A stretch of 64,000 bases of DNA from assembly GCF_964355755.1 (NCBI RefSeq), contig NC_092675.1, positions 13,387,812 through 13,451,811 on the forward strand, given 5' to 3'. Shown piece after piece: positions 26,290 through 41,280 of this stretch. The DNA comes from Antedon mediterranea (Eukaryota; Animalia; Echinodermata). A model generated the notes under the pieces. The model was not told where the DNA came from, ran no database searches, and was given only the letters and a program-made list of their open reading frames with translations. A program made the translations under genes and the position numbers. The number at the start of each line of letters is the position of its first letter. Positions within the stretch are counted from its first letter, which is position 1.

Positions 26290-29200
26290 ACACCAAAGTG
26301 CTTAGAATAGCTTCAAATCACATTTGGAGACGTTTTAGACCATTTTGTGATTTTCGAAAAAACTTGTTAACATAAAAACACGAAAGTGCTTAGAATAGCT
26401 TCAAATCGCATTTGGAAACGTTTTAGACCATTTTGTGATTTTCGAAAAAAATTGTTAACATAAAAACACCAAAGTGCTTAGAATCACATTATAAACCGTT
26501 TTAGACCATTTTGAGCATTTCGATAACAATTTTCACACAAAAACATCAAAGAGCACAAAATAGCTTAATATCGTATTTAAAAATGTTTTAGACCATTTTG
26601 AGCATTTAGATAAAACTTTTTCACACAAAACACCAAAGTGCTTAGAATAGCTTCAAATCGCATTTGGAGACGGTTTAGACCATTTTGTGATTTTGAAAAA
26701 ACTTGTTAACATAAAAACACCAAAGTGCTTAGAATAGCTTCAAATCGCATTTGGAGACGTTTTAGACCATTTTGTGATTTTCGAAAGAACTTGTTAACAT
26801 AAAAACACCAAAGTGCTTAGAATAGCTTCAAATCGTATTTGGAGACGTTTTAGACCCTTTTGAGATTTTCGAAAAAACTTGGTTACACAAAAACATCAAA
26901 GTGCTTAAAATCACATTATAAACCGTTTTAGACCATTTTGAACATTTCGATAACACTTTTCACACAAAAACATCAAAGAGCACAAAATAGCTTAATATCG
27001 TATTTAAAAACGTTTTAGACCATTTTGAGCATTTCGACAAAACTTTTTCACACCAAAGTGCTTAGAATAGCTTCAAATCGCATTTGGAGACGTTTTAGAC
27101 CATTTTGTGATTTTCGAAAAAACTTATCAACATAAAAACACCAAAGGGTTTAGAATAGCTTCAAATCGCATTTGGAGACGTTTTAGACCATTTTGTGATT
27201 TTTGAAAAAACTTGTTAACATAAAAACACCAAAGTGCTTAGAATAGCTTCAAATCACATTTGGAGACGTTTTAGACCATTTTGTGATTTTCGAAAAAACT
27301 TGTTAACATAAAAACACGAAAGTGCTTAGAATAGCTTCAAATCGCATTTGGAAACGTTTTAGACCATTTTGTGATTTTCGAAAAAGATTGTTAACATAAA
27401 AACACCAAAGTGCTTAGAATCACAATATAAACCGTTTTAGACCATTTTGAGCATTTCGATAACAATTTTCACACAAAAACATCAAAGAGCACAAAATAGC
27501 TTAATATCGTATTTAAAAATGTTTTAGACCATTTTGAGCATTTAGATAAAATTTTTCACACAAAACACCAAAGTGCTTAGAATAGCTTCAAATCGCATTT
27601 GGAGACGGTTTAGACCATTTTGTGATTTTGAAAAAACTTGTTAACATAAAAACACCAAAGTGCTTAGAATAGCTTCAAATCGCATTTGGAGACGTTTTAG
27701 ACCATTTTGTGATTTTCGAAAAAACTTGTTAACATAAAAACACCAAAGTGCTTAGAATAGCTTCAAATCGCATTTGGAGACGTTTTAGACCATTTTGTGA
27801 TTTTCGAAAAAACTTGTTAACATAAAAACACCAAAGTGCTTAGAATAGCTTCAAATCGTATTTGGAGACGTTTTAGACCATTTTGAGATTTTCGAAAAAA
27901 CTTGGTTACACAAAAACATCAAAGTGCTTAAAATCACATTATAAACCGTTTTAGACCATTTTGAGCATTTCGATAACACTTTTCACACAAAAACATCAAA
28001 GAGCACAAAATAGCTTAATATCGTATTTAAAAACGTTTTAGACCATTTTGAGCATTTCGACAAAACTTTTTCACACAAAACACCAAAGTGCTTAGAATAG
28101 CTTCAAATCGCATTTGGAGACGTTTTAGACCAATTTGTGCATTTCGATGAAACTTGATTACACAAAAACATCAAAGTGCTTAAAATCACATTATAAACCG
28201 TTTTAGACCATTTTGAGCATTTCGATAACACTTTTCACACAAAAACATCAAAGAGCACAAAATAGCTTAATATCGTATTTAAAAACGTTTTAGACCATTT
28301 TGAGCATTTAGACAAAACTTTTTCACACAAAACACCAAAGTGCTTAGAATAGCTTCAAATCGCATTTGGAGACGTTTTAGAACATTTTGTGTTTTTCGAA
28401 AAAAACTGTTAACATAAAAACACCAAAGTGCTTAGAATAGCTTCAAATCGCATTTGGAGACGTTTTAGAACATTTTGTGTTCTTCTAAAAAACCTGTTAA
28501 CATAAAAACACCAAAGTGCTTAGAATAGCTTCAAATCGCATTTGGAAACGTTTTAGACCATTTTGTGATTTTTGAAAAAACTTGTTAACATAAAAACACC
28601 AAAGTGCTTAGAATCACAATATAAACCGTTTTAGACCATTTTGAGCATTTCGATAACAATTTTCACACAAAAACATCAAAGAGCACAAAATAGCTTAATA
28701 TCGTATTTAAAAATGTTTTAGACCATTTTGAGCATTTAGATAAAATTTTTCACACAAAACACCAAAGTGCTTAGAATAGCTTCAAATCGCATTTGAAGAC
28801 GGTTTAGACCATTTTGTGATTTTGAAAAAACTTGTTAACATAAAAACACCAAAGTGCTAAGAATAGCTTCAAATCGCATTTGGAGACGTTTTAGACCATT
28901 TTGTGATTTTCGAAAAAACTTGTTAACATAAAAACACCAAAGTGCTTAGAATAGCTTCAAATCGTATTTGGAGACGTTTTAGACCATTTTGAGATTTTCG
29001 AAAAAACTTGGTTACACAAAAACATCAAAGTGCTTAAAATCACATTATAAACCGTTTTAGACCATTTTGAACATTTCGATAACACTTTTCACACAAAAAC
29101 ATCAAAGAGCACAAAATAGCTTAATATCGTATTTAAAAACGTTTTAGACCATTTTAAGCATTTCGACAAAACTTTTTCACACAAAACACCAAAGTGCTTA

Positions 29201-29600
29201 GAATAGCTTCAAATCGCATTTGGAGACGTTTTAGACCAATTTGTGCATTTCGATGAAACTTGATTACACAAAAACATCAAAGTGCTTAAAATCACATTAT
29301 AAACCGTTTTAGACCATTTTGAGCATTTCGATAACACTTTTCACACAAAAACATCAAAGAGCACAAAATAGCTTAATATCGTATTTAAAAACGTTTTAGA
29401 CCATTTTGAGCATTTAGACAAAACTTTTTCACACAAAACACCAAAGTGCTTAGAATAGCTTCAAATCGCATTTGGAGACGTTTTAGACCATTTTGTGCAT
29501 TTCGATGAAACTTGGTTACACAAAAACATCAAAGTGCTTAAAATCACATTATAAATCGTTTTAGACCATTTTGAGCATTTCGACAAAACTTTTTCACACA
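26290..29600 (+). repeat. Block duplicated at about 37400-40900 (offset 11117 bp, then 11293 bp after a 2-monomer difference)
   Basis: ACCC variant at 26854 and 37971; 7-bp deletion TTTCACACCAAAG at about 27050 and about 38167; ATTTGAAGAC at 28791 and 40084. Confidence 0.87.
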
Positions 29601-32600
29601 AAATACCAAAGTGCTTAGAATAGCTTCAAATCGCATTTGGAGACGTTTTAGACCATTTTGTGATTTTCGAAAAAACTTTTTAACATAAAAACACCAAAGT
29701 GCTTAGAATAGCTTCAAATCACATTTGGAGACATTTTAGACCATTTTGTGATTTTCGAAAAAACTTGTTAACATAAAAACACGAAAGTTCTTAGAATAGC
29801 TTCAAATCGCATTTGGAAACGTTTTAGACCATTTTGTGATTTTCGAAAAAAATTGTTAACATAAAAACACCAAAGTGCTTAGAATCACATTATAAACCGT
29901 TTTAGACCATTTTGAGCATTTCGATAACAATTTTCACACAAAAACATCAAAGAGCACAAAATAGCTTAATATCGTATTTAAAAATGTTTTAGACCATTTT
30001 GAGCATTTAGATAAAACTTTTTCACACAAAACACCAAAGTGCTTAGAATAGCTTCAAATCGCATTTGGAGACGTTTTAGACCATTTTGTGATTTTTGAAA
30101 AAACTTGTTAACATAAAAACACCAAAGTGCTTAGAATAGCTTCAAATCACATTTGGAGACGTTTTAGACCATTTTGTGATTTTCGAAAAAACTTGTTAAC
30201 ATAAAAACACGAAAGTGCTTAGAATAGCTTCAAATCGCATTTGGAAACGTTTTAGACCATTTTGTGATTTTCGAAAAAACTTGTTAACATAAAAACACGA
30301 AAGTGCTTAGAATAGCTTCAAATCGCATTTGGAAACGTTTTAGACCATTTTGTGATTTTCGAAAAAACTTGTTAACATAAAAACACGAAAGTGCTTAGAA
30401 TAGCTTCAAATCGCATTTGGAAACGTTTTAGACCATTTTGTGATTTTCGAAAAAAAATTGTTAACATAAAAACACCAAAGTGTTTAGAATAGCTTCAAAT
30501 CGCATTTGGAGACGTTTTAGACCAATTTGTGATTTTCGAAAAAACTTATCAACATAAAAACACCAAAGGGTTTAGAATAGCTTCAAATCGCATTTGGAGA
30601 CGTTTTAGACCATTTTGTGATTTTGAAAAAACTTGTTAACATAAAAACACCAAAGTGCTTAGAATAGCTTCAAATCGCATTTGGAGACGTTTTAGACCAT
30701 TTTGTGATTTTCGAAAAAACTTGTTAACATAAAAACACCAAAGTGCTTAGAATAGCTTCAAATCGTATTTGGAGACGTTTTAGACCATTTTGAGATTTTC
30801 GAAAAAACTTGGTTACACAAAAACATCAAAGTGCTTAAAATCACATTATAAACCGTTTTAGACCATTTTGAGCATTTCGGTAACACTTTTCACACAAAAA
30901 CATCAAAGAGCACAAAATAGCTTAATATCGTATTTAAAAACGTTTTAGACCATTTTGAGCCTTTAGACAAAACTTTTTCACACAAAACACCAAAGTGCTT
31001 AGAATAGCTTCAAATCGCATTTGGAGACGTTTTAGACCATTTTGTGCATTTCGATGAAACTTGGTTACACAAAAACATCAAAGTGCTTAAAATCACATTA
31101 TAAATCGTTTTAGACCATTTTGAGCATTTCGACAAAACTTTTTCACACAAAATACCAAAGTGCTTAGAATAGCTTCAAATCGCATTTGGAGACGTTTTAG
31201 ACCATTTTGTGATTTTCGAAAAAACTTTTTAACATAAAAACACCAAAGTGCTTAGAATAGCTTCAAATCACATTTGGAGACGTTTTAGACCATAAGTGCT
31301 TAGAATCACATTATAAACCGTTTTAGACCATTTTGAGCATTTCGATAACAATTTTCACACAAAAACATCAAAGAGCACAAAATAGCTTAATATCGTATTT
31401 AAAAATGTTTTAGACCATTTTGAGCATTTAGATAAAACTTTTTCACACAAAACACCAAAGTGCTTAGAATAGCTTCAAATCGCATTTGGAGACGTTTTAG
31501 ACCATTTTGTGATTTTTGAAAAAACTTGTTAACATAAAAACACCAAAGTGCTTAGAATAGCTTCAAATCACATTTGGAGACGTTTTAGACCATTTTGTGA
31601 TTTTCGAAAAAACTTGTTAACATAAAAACACGAAAGTGCTTAGAATAGCTTCAAATCGCATTTGGAAACGTTTTAGACCATTTAGTGATTTTCGAAAAAA
31701 CTTGTTAACATAAAAACACGAAAGTGCTTAGAATAGCTTCAAATCGCATTTGGAAACGTTTTAGACCATTTTGTGATTTTCGAAAAAAATTGTTAACATA
31801 AAAACACCAAAGTGTTTAGAATAGCTTCAAATCGCATTTGGAGACGTTTTAGACCAATTTGTGATTTTCGAAAAAACTTATCAACATAAAAACACGAAAG
31901 TGCTTAGAATAGCTTCAAATCGCATTTGGAAACGTTTTAGACCATTTTGTGATTTTCGAAAAAACTTGTTAACATAAAAACATAAAAGTGCTTAGAATAG
32001 CTTCAAATCGTATTTGGAGACGTTTTAGACCATTTTGAGATTTTCGAAAAAAACTGTTAACATAAAAACACCAAAGTGCTTAGAATAGCTTCAAATCGCA
32101 TTTGGAGATGTTTTAGAACATTTTGTGTTCTTCGAAAAAACCTGTTAACATAAAAACACCAAAGTGCTTAGAATAGCTTCAAATCGCATTTGGAGACGTT
32201 TTAGACCATTTTGTGATTTTTGAAAAAACTTGTTAACATAAAAACACCAAAGTGCTTAGAATAGCTTCAAATCACATTTGGAGACGTTTTAGACCATTTT
32301 GTGATTTTCGAAAAAACTTGTTAACATAAAAACACGAAAGTGGTTAGAATAGCTTCAAATCGCATTTGGAAACGTTTTAGACCATTTTGTGATTTTCGAA
32401 AAAGATTGTTAACATAAAAACACCAAAGTGCTTAGAATCACAATATAAACCGTTTTAGACCATTTTGAGCATTTCGATAACAATTTTCACACAAAAACAT
32501 CAAAGAGCACAAAATAGCTTAATATCGTATTTAAAAATGTTTTAGACCATTTTGAGCATTTAGATAAAACTTTTTCACACAAAACACCAAAGTGCTTAGA

Positions 32601-33050
32601 ATAGCTTCAAATCGCATTTGGAGACGGTTTAGACCATTTTGTGATTTTGAAAAAACTTGTTAACATAAAAACACCAAAGTGCTTAGAATAGCTTCAAATC
32701 GCATTTGGAGACGTTTTAGACCATTTTGTGATTTTCGAAAGAACTTGTTAACATAAAAACACCAAAGTGCTTAGAATAGCTTCAAATCGTATTTGGAGAC
32801 GTTTTAGACCATTTTGAGATTTTCGAAAAAACTTGGTTACACAAAAACATCAAAGTGCTTAAAATCACATTATAAACCGTTTTAGACCATTTTGAGCATT
32901 TCGATAACACTTTTCACACAAAAACATCAAAGAGCACAAAATAGCTTAATATCGTATTTAAAAACGTTTTAGACCATTTTGAGCATTTCGACAAAACTTT
33001 TTCCCACAAAACACCAAAGTGCTTAGAATAGCTTCAAATCGCATTTGGAG
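29180..33050 (+). repeat. Block duplicated at about 13030-16900 (offset 16151 bp)
   Basis: CATAAG at 15140 and 31291; CGAAAGAAC at 16585 and 32736; shared GAGCCTTTAG, CATTTAGTG and GGAGATGTTTTAGAAC variants. Confidence 0.85.
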
Positions 33051-35639
33051 ACGTTTTAGACCATTTTGTGATTTTCGAAAAAACTTGTTAACATAAAAAC
33101 ATCAAAGTGTACAGAATAACTTCAAATCGCATTTGGAGACCGTTTTAGGCCAATTTGTGATTTTCGAAAAAACTTGTTAACCTAAAAATACCAAAGTGTT
33201 TAGAATAGCTTCAAATCGCATTTGGAGACGTTTTAGAACATTTTGTGATTTTCGAAAAAACTTGTTAACATAAAAACACCAAAGTGCTTCAAATCGCATT
33301 TGGAGACATTTTAGACCAATTTGTGATTTTTGAAAAAACTTGTTAACATAAAAACACAAAAGTGCTTACAATAGCTTCAAATCGTATTTGGAGACGTTTT
33401 AGACCATTTTGTGATTTTCGAAAAAACTTGTTAACATAAAAACACCAAAGTACTTAGAATAGCTTCAAATCGCATTTGGAGACGTTTTAGACCATTTTAT
33501 GCATTTCGATGAAACTTGGTTACACAAAAACATCAAAGTGCTTAAAATCACATTATAATCCGTTTTAGACCATTTTGAGCATTTCGATAACACTTTTCAC
33601 ACAAAAACATCAAAGAGCACAAAATAGCTTAATATCGTATTTAAAAACTTTTTAGACCATTTTGAGCATTTCGACAAAACTTTTTCACACAAAACACCAA
33701 AGTGCTTAGAATAGCTTCAAATCGCATTTGGAGACGTTTTAGACCATTTTGTGATTTTCGAAAAAAATTGTTAACATAAAAACACGAAAGTGCTTAGAAT
33801 AGCTTCAAATCGCATTTGGAAACGTTTTAGACCATTTTGTGATTTTCGAAAAAAATTGTTAACATAAAAACACCAAAGTGTTTAGAATAGCTTCAAATCG
33901 CATTTGGAGACGTTTTAGACCAATTTGTGATTTTCGAAAAAACTTATCAACATAAAAACACCAAAGGGTTTAGAATAGCTTCAAATCGCATTTGGAGACG
34001 TTTTAGACCATTTTGTGATTTTGAAAAAACTTGTTAACATAAAAACACCAAAGTGCTTAGAATAGCTTCAAATCGCATTTGGAGACGTTTTAGACCATTT
34101 TGTGATTTTCGAAAAAACTTGTTAACATAAAAACACCAAAGTGCTTAGAATAGCTTCAAATCGTATTTGGAGACGTTTTAGACCATTTTGAGATTTTCGA
34201 AAAAAATTGGTTACACAAAAACATCAAAGTGCTTAAAATCACATTATAAACCGTTTTAGACCATTTTTAGCATTTCGGTAACACTTTTCACACAAAAACA
34301 TCAAAGAGCACAAAATAGCTTAATATCGTATTTAAAAACGTTTTAGACCATTTTGAGCATTTAGACAAAACTTTTTCACACAAAACACCAAAGTGCTTAG
34401 AATAGCTTCAAATCGCATTTGGAGACGTTTTAGACCATTTTGTGCATTTCGATGAAACTTGGTTACACAAAAACATCAAAGTGCTTAAAATCACATTATA
34501 AATCGTTTTAGACCATTTTGAGCATTTCGACAAAACTTTTTCACACAAAATACCAAAGTGCTTAGAATAGCTTCAAATCGCATTTGGAGACGTTTTAGAC
34601 CATTTTGTGATTTTCGAAAAAACTTTTTAACATAAAAACACCAAAGTGCTTAGAATAGCTTCAAATCACATTTGGAGACGTTTTAGACCATAAGTGCTTA
34701 GAATCACATTATAAACCGTTTTAGACCATTTTGAGCATTTCGATAACAATTTTCACACAAAAACATCAAAGAGCACAAAATAGCTTAATATCGTATTTAA
34801 AAATGTTTTAGACCATTTTGAGCATTTAGATAAAACTTTTTCACACAAAACACCAAAGTGCTTAGAATAGCTTCAAATCGCATTTGGAGACGTTTTAGAC
34901 CATTTTGTGATTTTTGAAAAAACTTGTTAACATAAAAACACCAAAGTGCTTAGAATAGCTTCAAATCACATTTGGAGATGTTTTAGACCATTTTGTGATT
35001 TTTGAAAAAACTTGTTAACATAAAAACACGAAAGTGCTTAGAATAGCTTCAAATCACATTTGGAGACGTTGTAGACCATTTTGTGATTTTTGAAAAAACT
35101 TGTTAACATAAAAACACGAAAGTGCTTAGAATAGCTTCAAATCGCATTTGGAAACGTTTTAGACCATTTTGTGATTTTCGAAAAAGATTGTTAACATAAA
35201 AACACCAATGTGCTTAGAATCACAATATAAACCGTTTTAGACCATTTTGAGCATTTCGATAACAATTTTCACACAAAAACATCAAAGAGCACAAAATAGC
35301 TTAATATTGTATTTATAAATGTTTTAGACCATTTTGAGCATTTCGACAAAACTTTTTCACACAAAACACCAAAGTGCTTAGAATAGCTTCAAATCGCATT
35401 TGGAGACGTTTTTTATACCATTTTGTGATTTCGATGAAACTTGATTACACAAAAACATCAAAGTGCTTAAAATCACATTATAAACCGTTTTAGACCATTT
35501 TGAGCATTTCGATAACACTTTTCACACAAAAACATCAAAGAGCACAAAATAGCTTAATATCGTATTTAAAAACGTTTTAGACCATTTTGAGCATTTAGAC
35601 AAAACTTTTTCACACAAAACACCAAAGTGCTTAGAATAG

Positions 35640-38600
35640 CTTCAAATCGCATTTGGAGACGTTTTAGACCATTTTGTGCATTTCGATGAAACTTGATTAC
35701 ACAAAAACATCAAAGTGCTTAAAATCACATTATAAACCGTTTTAGACCATTTTGAGCATTTCGATAACACTTTTCACACAAAAACATCAAAGAGCACAAA
35801 ATAGCTTAATATCGTATTTAAAAACGTTTTAGACCATTTTGAGCATTTAGACAAAACTTTTTCACACAAAACACCAAAGTGCTAAGAATAGCTTCAAATC
35901 GCATTTGGAGACGTTTTAGAACATTTTGTGTTTTTCGAAAAAAACTGTTAACATAAAAACACCAAAGTGCTTAGAATAGCTTCAAATCGCATTTGGAGAC
36001 GTTTTAGAACATTTTGTGTTCTTCGAAAAAACCTGTTAACATAAAAACACCAAAGTGCTTAGAATAGCTTCAAATCGCATTTGGAGACGTTTTAGACCAT
36101 TTTGTGATTTTTGAAAAAACTTGTTAACATAAAAACACCAAAGTGCTTAGAATAGCTTCAAATCACATTTGGAGACGTTTTAGACCATTTTGTGATTTTC
36201 GAAAAAACTTGTTAACATAAAAACACGAAAGTGCTTAGAATAGCTTCAAATCGCATTTGGAAACGTTTTAGACCATTTTGTGATTTTCGAAAAAGATCGT
36301 TAACATAAAAACACCAAAGTGCTTAGAATCACAATATAAACCGTTTTAGACCATTTTGAGCATTTCGATAACAATTTTCACACAAAAACATCAAAGAGCA
36401 CAAAATAGCTTAATATCGTATTTAAAAATGTTTTAGACCATTTTGAGCATTTAGATAAAATTTTTCACACAAAACACCAAAGTGCTTAGAATAGCTTCAA
36501 ATCGCATTTGAAGACGGTTTAGACCATTTTGTGATTTTGAAAAAACTTGTTAACATAAAAACACCAAAGTGCTAAGAATAGCTTCAAATCGCATTTGGAG
36601 ACGTTTTAGACCATTTTGTGATTTTCGAAAAAACTTGTTAACATAAAAACACCAAAGTGCTTAGAATAGCTTCAAATCGTATTTGGAGACGTTTTAGACC
36701 ATTTTGAGATTTTCGAAAAAACTTGGTTACACAAAAACATCAAAGTGCTTAAAATCACATTATAAACCGTTTTAGACCATTTTGAACATTTCGATAACAC
36801 TTTTCACACAAAAACATCAAAGAGCACAAAATAGCTTAATATCGTATTTAAAAACGTTTTAGACCATTTTAAGCATTTCGACAAAACTTCTTCACACAAA
36901 ACACCAAAGTGCTTAGAATAGCTTCAAATCGCATTTGGAGACGTTTTAGACCAATTTGTGCATTTCGATGAAACTTGATTACACAAAAACATCAACGTGC
37001 TTAAAATCACATTATAAACCGTTTTAGACCATTTTGAGCATTTCGATAACACTTTTCACACAAAAACATCAAAGAGCACAAAATAGCTTAATATCGTATT
37101 TAAAAACGTTTTAGACCATTTTGAGCATTTAGACAAAACTTTTTCACACAAAACACCAAAGTGCTTAGAATAGCTTCAAATCGCATTTGGAGACGTTTTA
37201 GACCATTTTGTGCATTTCGATGAAACTTGGTTACACAAAAACATCAAAGTGCTTAAAATCACATTATAAATCGTTTTAGACCATTTTGAGCATTTCGACA
37301 AAACTTTTTCACACAAAATACCAAAGGGCTTAGAATAGCTTCAAATCGCATTTGGAGACGTTTTAGACCATTTTGTGATTTTCGAAAAAACTTTTTTAAC
37401 ATAAAAAGACAAAAGTGCTTAGAATAGCTTCAAATCACATTTGGAGACGTTTTAGACCATTTTGTGATTTTCGAAAAAACTTGTTAACATAAAAACACGA
37501 AAGTGCTTAGAATAGCTTCAAATCGCATTTGGAAACGTTTTAGACCATTTTGTGATTTTCGAAAAAAATTGTTAACATAAAAACACCAAAGTGCTTAGAA
37601 TCACATTATAAACCGTTTTAGACCATTTTGAGCATTTCGATAACAATTTTCACACAAAAACATCAAAGAGCACAAAATAGCTTAATATCGTATTTAAAAA
37701 TGTTTTAGACCATTTTGAGCATTTAGATAAAACTTTTTCACACAAAACACCAAAGTGCTTAGAATAGCTTCAAATCGCATTTGGAGACGGTTTAGACCAT
37801 TTTGTGATTTTGAAAAAACTTGTTAACATAAAAACACCAAAGTGCTTAGAATAGCTTCAAATCGCATTTGGAGACGTTTTAGACCATTTTGTGATTTTCG
37901 AAAGAACTTGTTAACATAAAAACACCAAAGTGCTTAGAATAGCTTCAAATCGTATTTGGAGACGTTTTAGACCCTTTTGAGATTTTCGAAAAAACTTGGT
38001 TACACAAAAACATCAAAGTGCTTAAAATCACATTATAAACCGTTTTAGACCATTTTGAACATTTCGATAACACTTTTCACACAAAAACATCAAAGAGCAC
38101 AAAATAGCTTAATATCGTATTTAAAAACGTTTTAGACCATTTTGAGCATTTCGACAAAACTTTTTCACACCAAAGTGCTTAGAATAGCTTCAAATCGCAT
38201 TTGGAGACGTTTTAGACCATTTTGTGATTTTCGAAAAAACTTATCAACATAAAAACACCAAAAGGTTTAGAATAGCTTCAAATCGCATTTGGAGACGTTT
38301 TAGACCATTTTGTGATTTTTGAAAAAACTTGTTAACATAAAAACACCAAAGTGCTTAGAATAGCTTCAAATCACATTTGGAGACGTTTTAGACCATTTTG
38401 TGATTTTCGAAAAAACTTGTTAACATAAAAACACGAAAGTGCTTAGAATAGCTTCAAATCGCATTTGGAAACGTTTTAGACCATTTTGTGATTTTCGAAA
38501 AAGATTGTTAACATAAAAACACCAAAGTGCTTAGAATCACAATATAAACCGTTTTAGACCATTTTGAGCATTTCGATAACAATTTTCACACAAAAACATC

Positions 38601-41280
38601 AAAGAGCACAAAATAGCTTAATATCGTATTTAAAAATGTTTTAGACCATTTTGAGCATTTAGATAAAATTTTTCACACAAAACACCAAAGTGCTTAGAAT
38701 AGCTTCAAATCGCATTTAGAGACGGTTTAGACCATTTTGTGATTTTGAAAAAACTTGTTAACATAAAAACACCAAAGTGCTTAGAATAGCTTCAAATCGC
38801 ATTTGGAGACGTTTTAGACCATTTTGTGATTTTCGAAAAAACTTGTTAACATAAAAACACCAAAGTGCTTAGAATAGCTTCAAATCGCATTTGGAGACGT
38901 TTTAGACCATTTTGTGATTTTCGAAAAAACTTGTTAACATAAAAACACCAAAGTGCTTAGAATAGCTTCAAATCGTATTTGGAGACGTTTTAGACCATTT
39001 TGAGATTTTCGAAAAAACTTGGTTACACAAAAACATCAAAGTGCTTAAAATCACATTATAAACCGTTTTAGACCATTTTGAGCATTTCGATAACACTTTT
39101 CACACAAAAACATCAAAGAGCACAAAATAGCTTAATATCGTATTTAAAAACGTTTTAGACCATTTTGAGCATTTCGACAAAACTTTTTCACACAAAACAC
39201 CAAAGTGCTTAGAATAGCTTCAAATCGCATTTGGAGACGTTTTAGACCAATTTGTGCATTTCGATGAAACTTGATTACACAAAAACATCAAAGTGCTTAA
39301 AATCACATTATAAACCGTTTTAGACCATTTTGAGCATTTCGATAACACTTTTCACACAAAAACATCAAAGAGCACAAAATAGCTTAATATCGTATTTAAA
39401 AACGTTTTAGACCATTTTGAGCATTTAGACAAAACTTTTTCACACAAAACACCAAAGTGCTTAGAATAGCTTCAAATCGCATTTGGAGACGTTTTAGAAC
39501 ATTTTGTGTTTTTCGAAAAAAACTGTTAACATAAAAACACCAAAGTGCTTAGAATAGCTTCAAATCGCATTTGGAGACGTTTTAGAACATTTTGTGTTCT
39601 TCGAAAAAACCTGTTAACATAAAAACACCAAAGTGCTTAGAATAGCTTCAAATCGCATTTGGAGACGTTTTAGACCATTTTGTGATTTTTGAAAAAACTT
39701 GTTAACATAAAAACACCAAAGTGCTTAGAATAGCTTCAAATCACATTTGGAGACGTTTTAGACCATTTTGTGATTTTCGAAAAAACTTGTTAACATAAAA
39801 ACACGAAAGTGCTTAGAATAGCTTCAAATCGCATTTGGAAACGTTTTAGACCATTTTGTGATTTTCGAAAAAGATTGTTAACATAAAAACACCAAAGTGC
39901 TTAGAATCACAATATAAACCGTTTTAGACCATTTTGAGCATTTCGATAACAATTTTCACACAAAAACATCAAAGAGCACAAAATAGCTTAATATCGTATT
40001 TAAAAATGTTTTAGACCATTTTGAGCATTTAGATAAAATTTTTCACACAAAACACCAAAGTGCTTAGAATAGCTTCAAATCGCATTTGAAGACGGTTTAG
40101 ACCATTTTGTGATTTTGAAAAAACTTGTTAACATAAAAACACCAAAGTGCTAAGAATAGCTTCAAATCGCATTTGGAGACGTTTTAGACCATTTTGTGAT
40201 TTTCGAAAAAACTTGTTAACATAAAAACACCAAAGTGCTTAGAATAGCTTCAAATCGTATTTGGAGACGTTTTAGACCATTTTGAGATTTTCGAAAAAAC
40301 TTGGTTACACAAAAACATCAAAGTGCTTAAAATCACATTATAAACCGTTTTAGACCATTTTGAACATTTCGATAACACTTTTCACACAAAAACATCAAAG
40401 AGCACAAAATAGCTTAATATCGTATTTAAAAACGTTTTAGACCATTTTAAGCATTTCGACAAAACTTTTTCACACAAAACACCAAAGTGCTTAGAATAGC
40501 TTCAAATCGCATTTGGAGACGTTTTAGACCAATTTGTGCATTTCGATGAAACTTGATTACACAAAAACATCAACGTGCTTAAAATCACATTATAAACCGT
40601 TTTAGACCATTTTGAGCATTTCGATAACACTTTTCACACAAAAACATCAAAGAGCACAAAATAGCTTAATATCGTATTTAAAAACGTTTTAGACCATTTT
40701 GAGCATTTAGACAAAACTTTTTCACACAAAACACCAAAGTGCTTAGAATAGCTTCAAATCGCATTTGGAGACGTTTTAGACCATTTTGTGCATTTCGATG
40801 AAACTTGGTTACACAAAAACATCAAAGTGCTTAAAATCACATTATAAATCGTTTTAGACCATTTTGAGCATTTCGACAAAACTTTTTCACACAAAATACC
40901 AAAGGGCTTAGAATAGCTTCAAATCGCATTTGGAGACGTTTTAGACCATTTTGTGATTTTCGAAAAAACTTTTTTAACATAAAAAGACCAAAGTGCTTAG
41001 AATAGCTTCAAATCACATTTGGAGACGTTTTAGACCATTTTGTGATTTTCGAAAAAACTTGTTAACATAAAAACACGAAAGTGCTTAGAATAGCTTCAAA
41101 TCGCATTTGGAAACGTTTTAGACCATTTTGTGATTTTCGAAAAAAATTGTTAACATAAAAACACCAAAGTGCTTAGAATCACATTATAAACCGTTTTAGA
41201 CCATTTTGAGCATTTCGATAACAATTTTCACACAAAAACATCAAAGAGCACAAAATAGCTTAATATCGTATTTAAAAACG
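35640..41280 (+). repeat. 3578-bp offset duplication (about 35640-37700 vs about 39220-41280)
   Basis: ATTTGAAGACGG at 36506 and 40084; shared GCTAAG, TTTTAAGC and T6-AACATAAAAAGAC variants. Confidence 0.87.

Noticed and set aside
33177-33359. 60-aa minus-strand ORF
   Set aside because: It is a translation of two satellite monomers brought into frame by the 10-bp deletion; there is no gene context.
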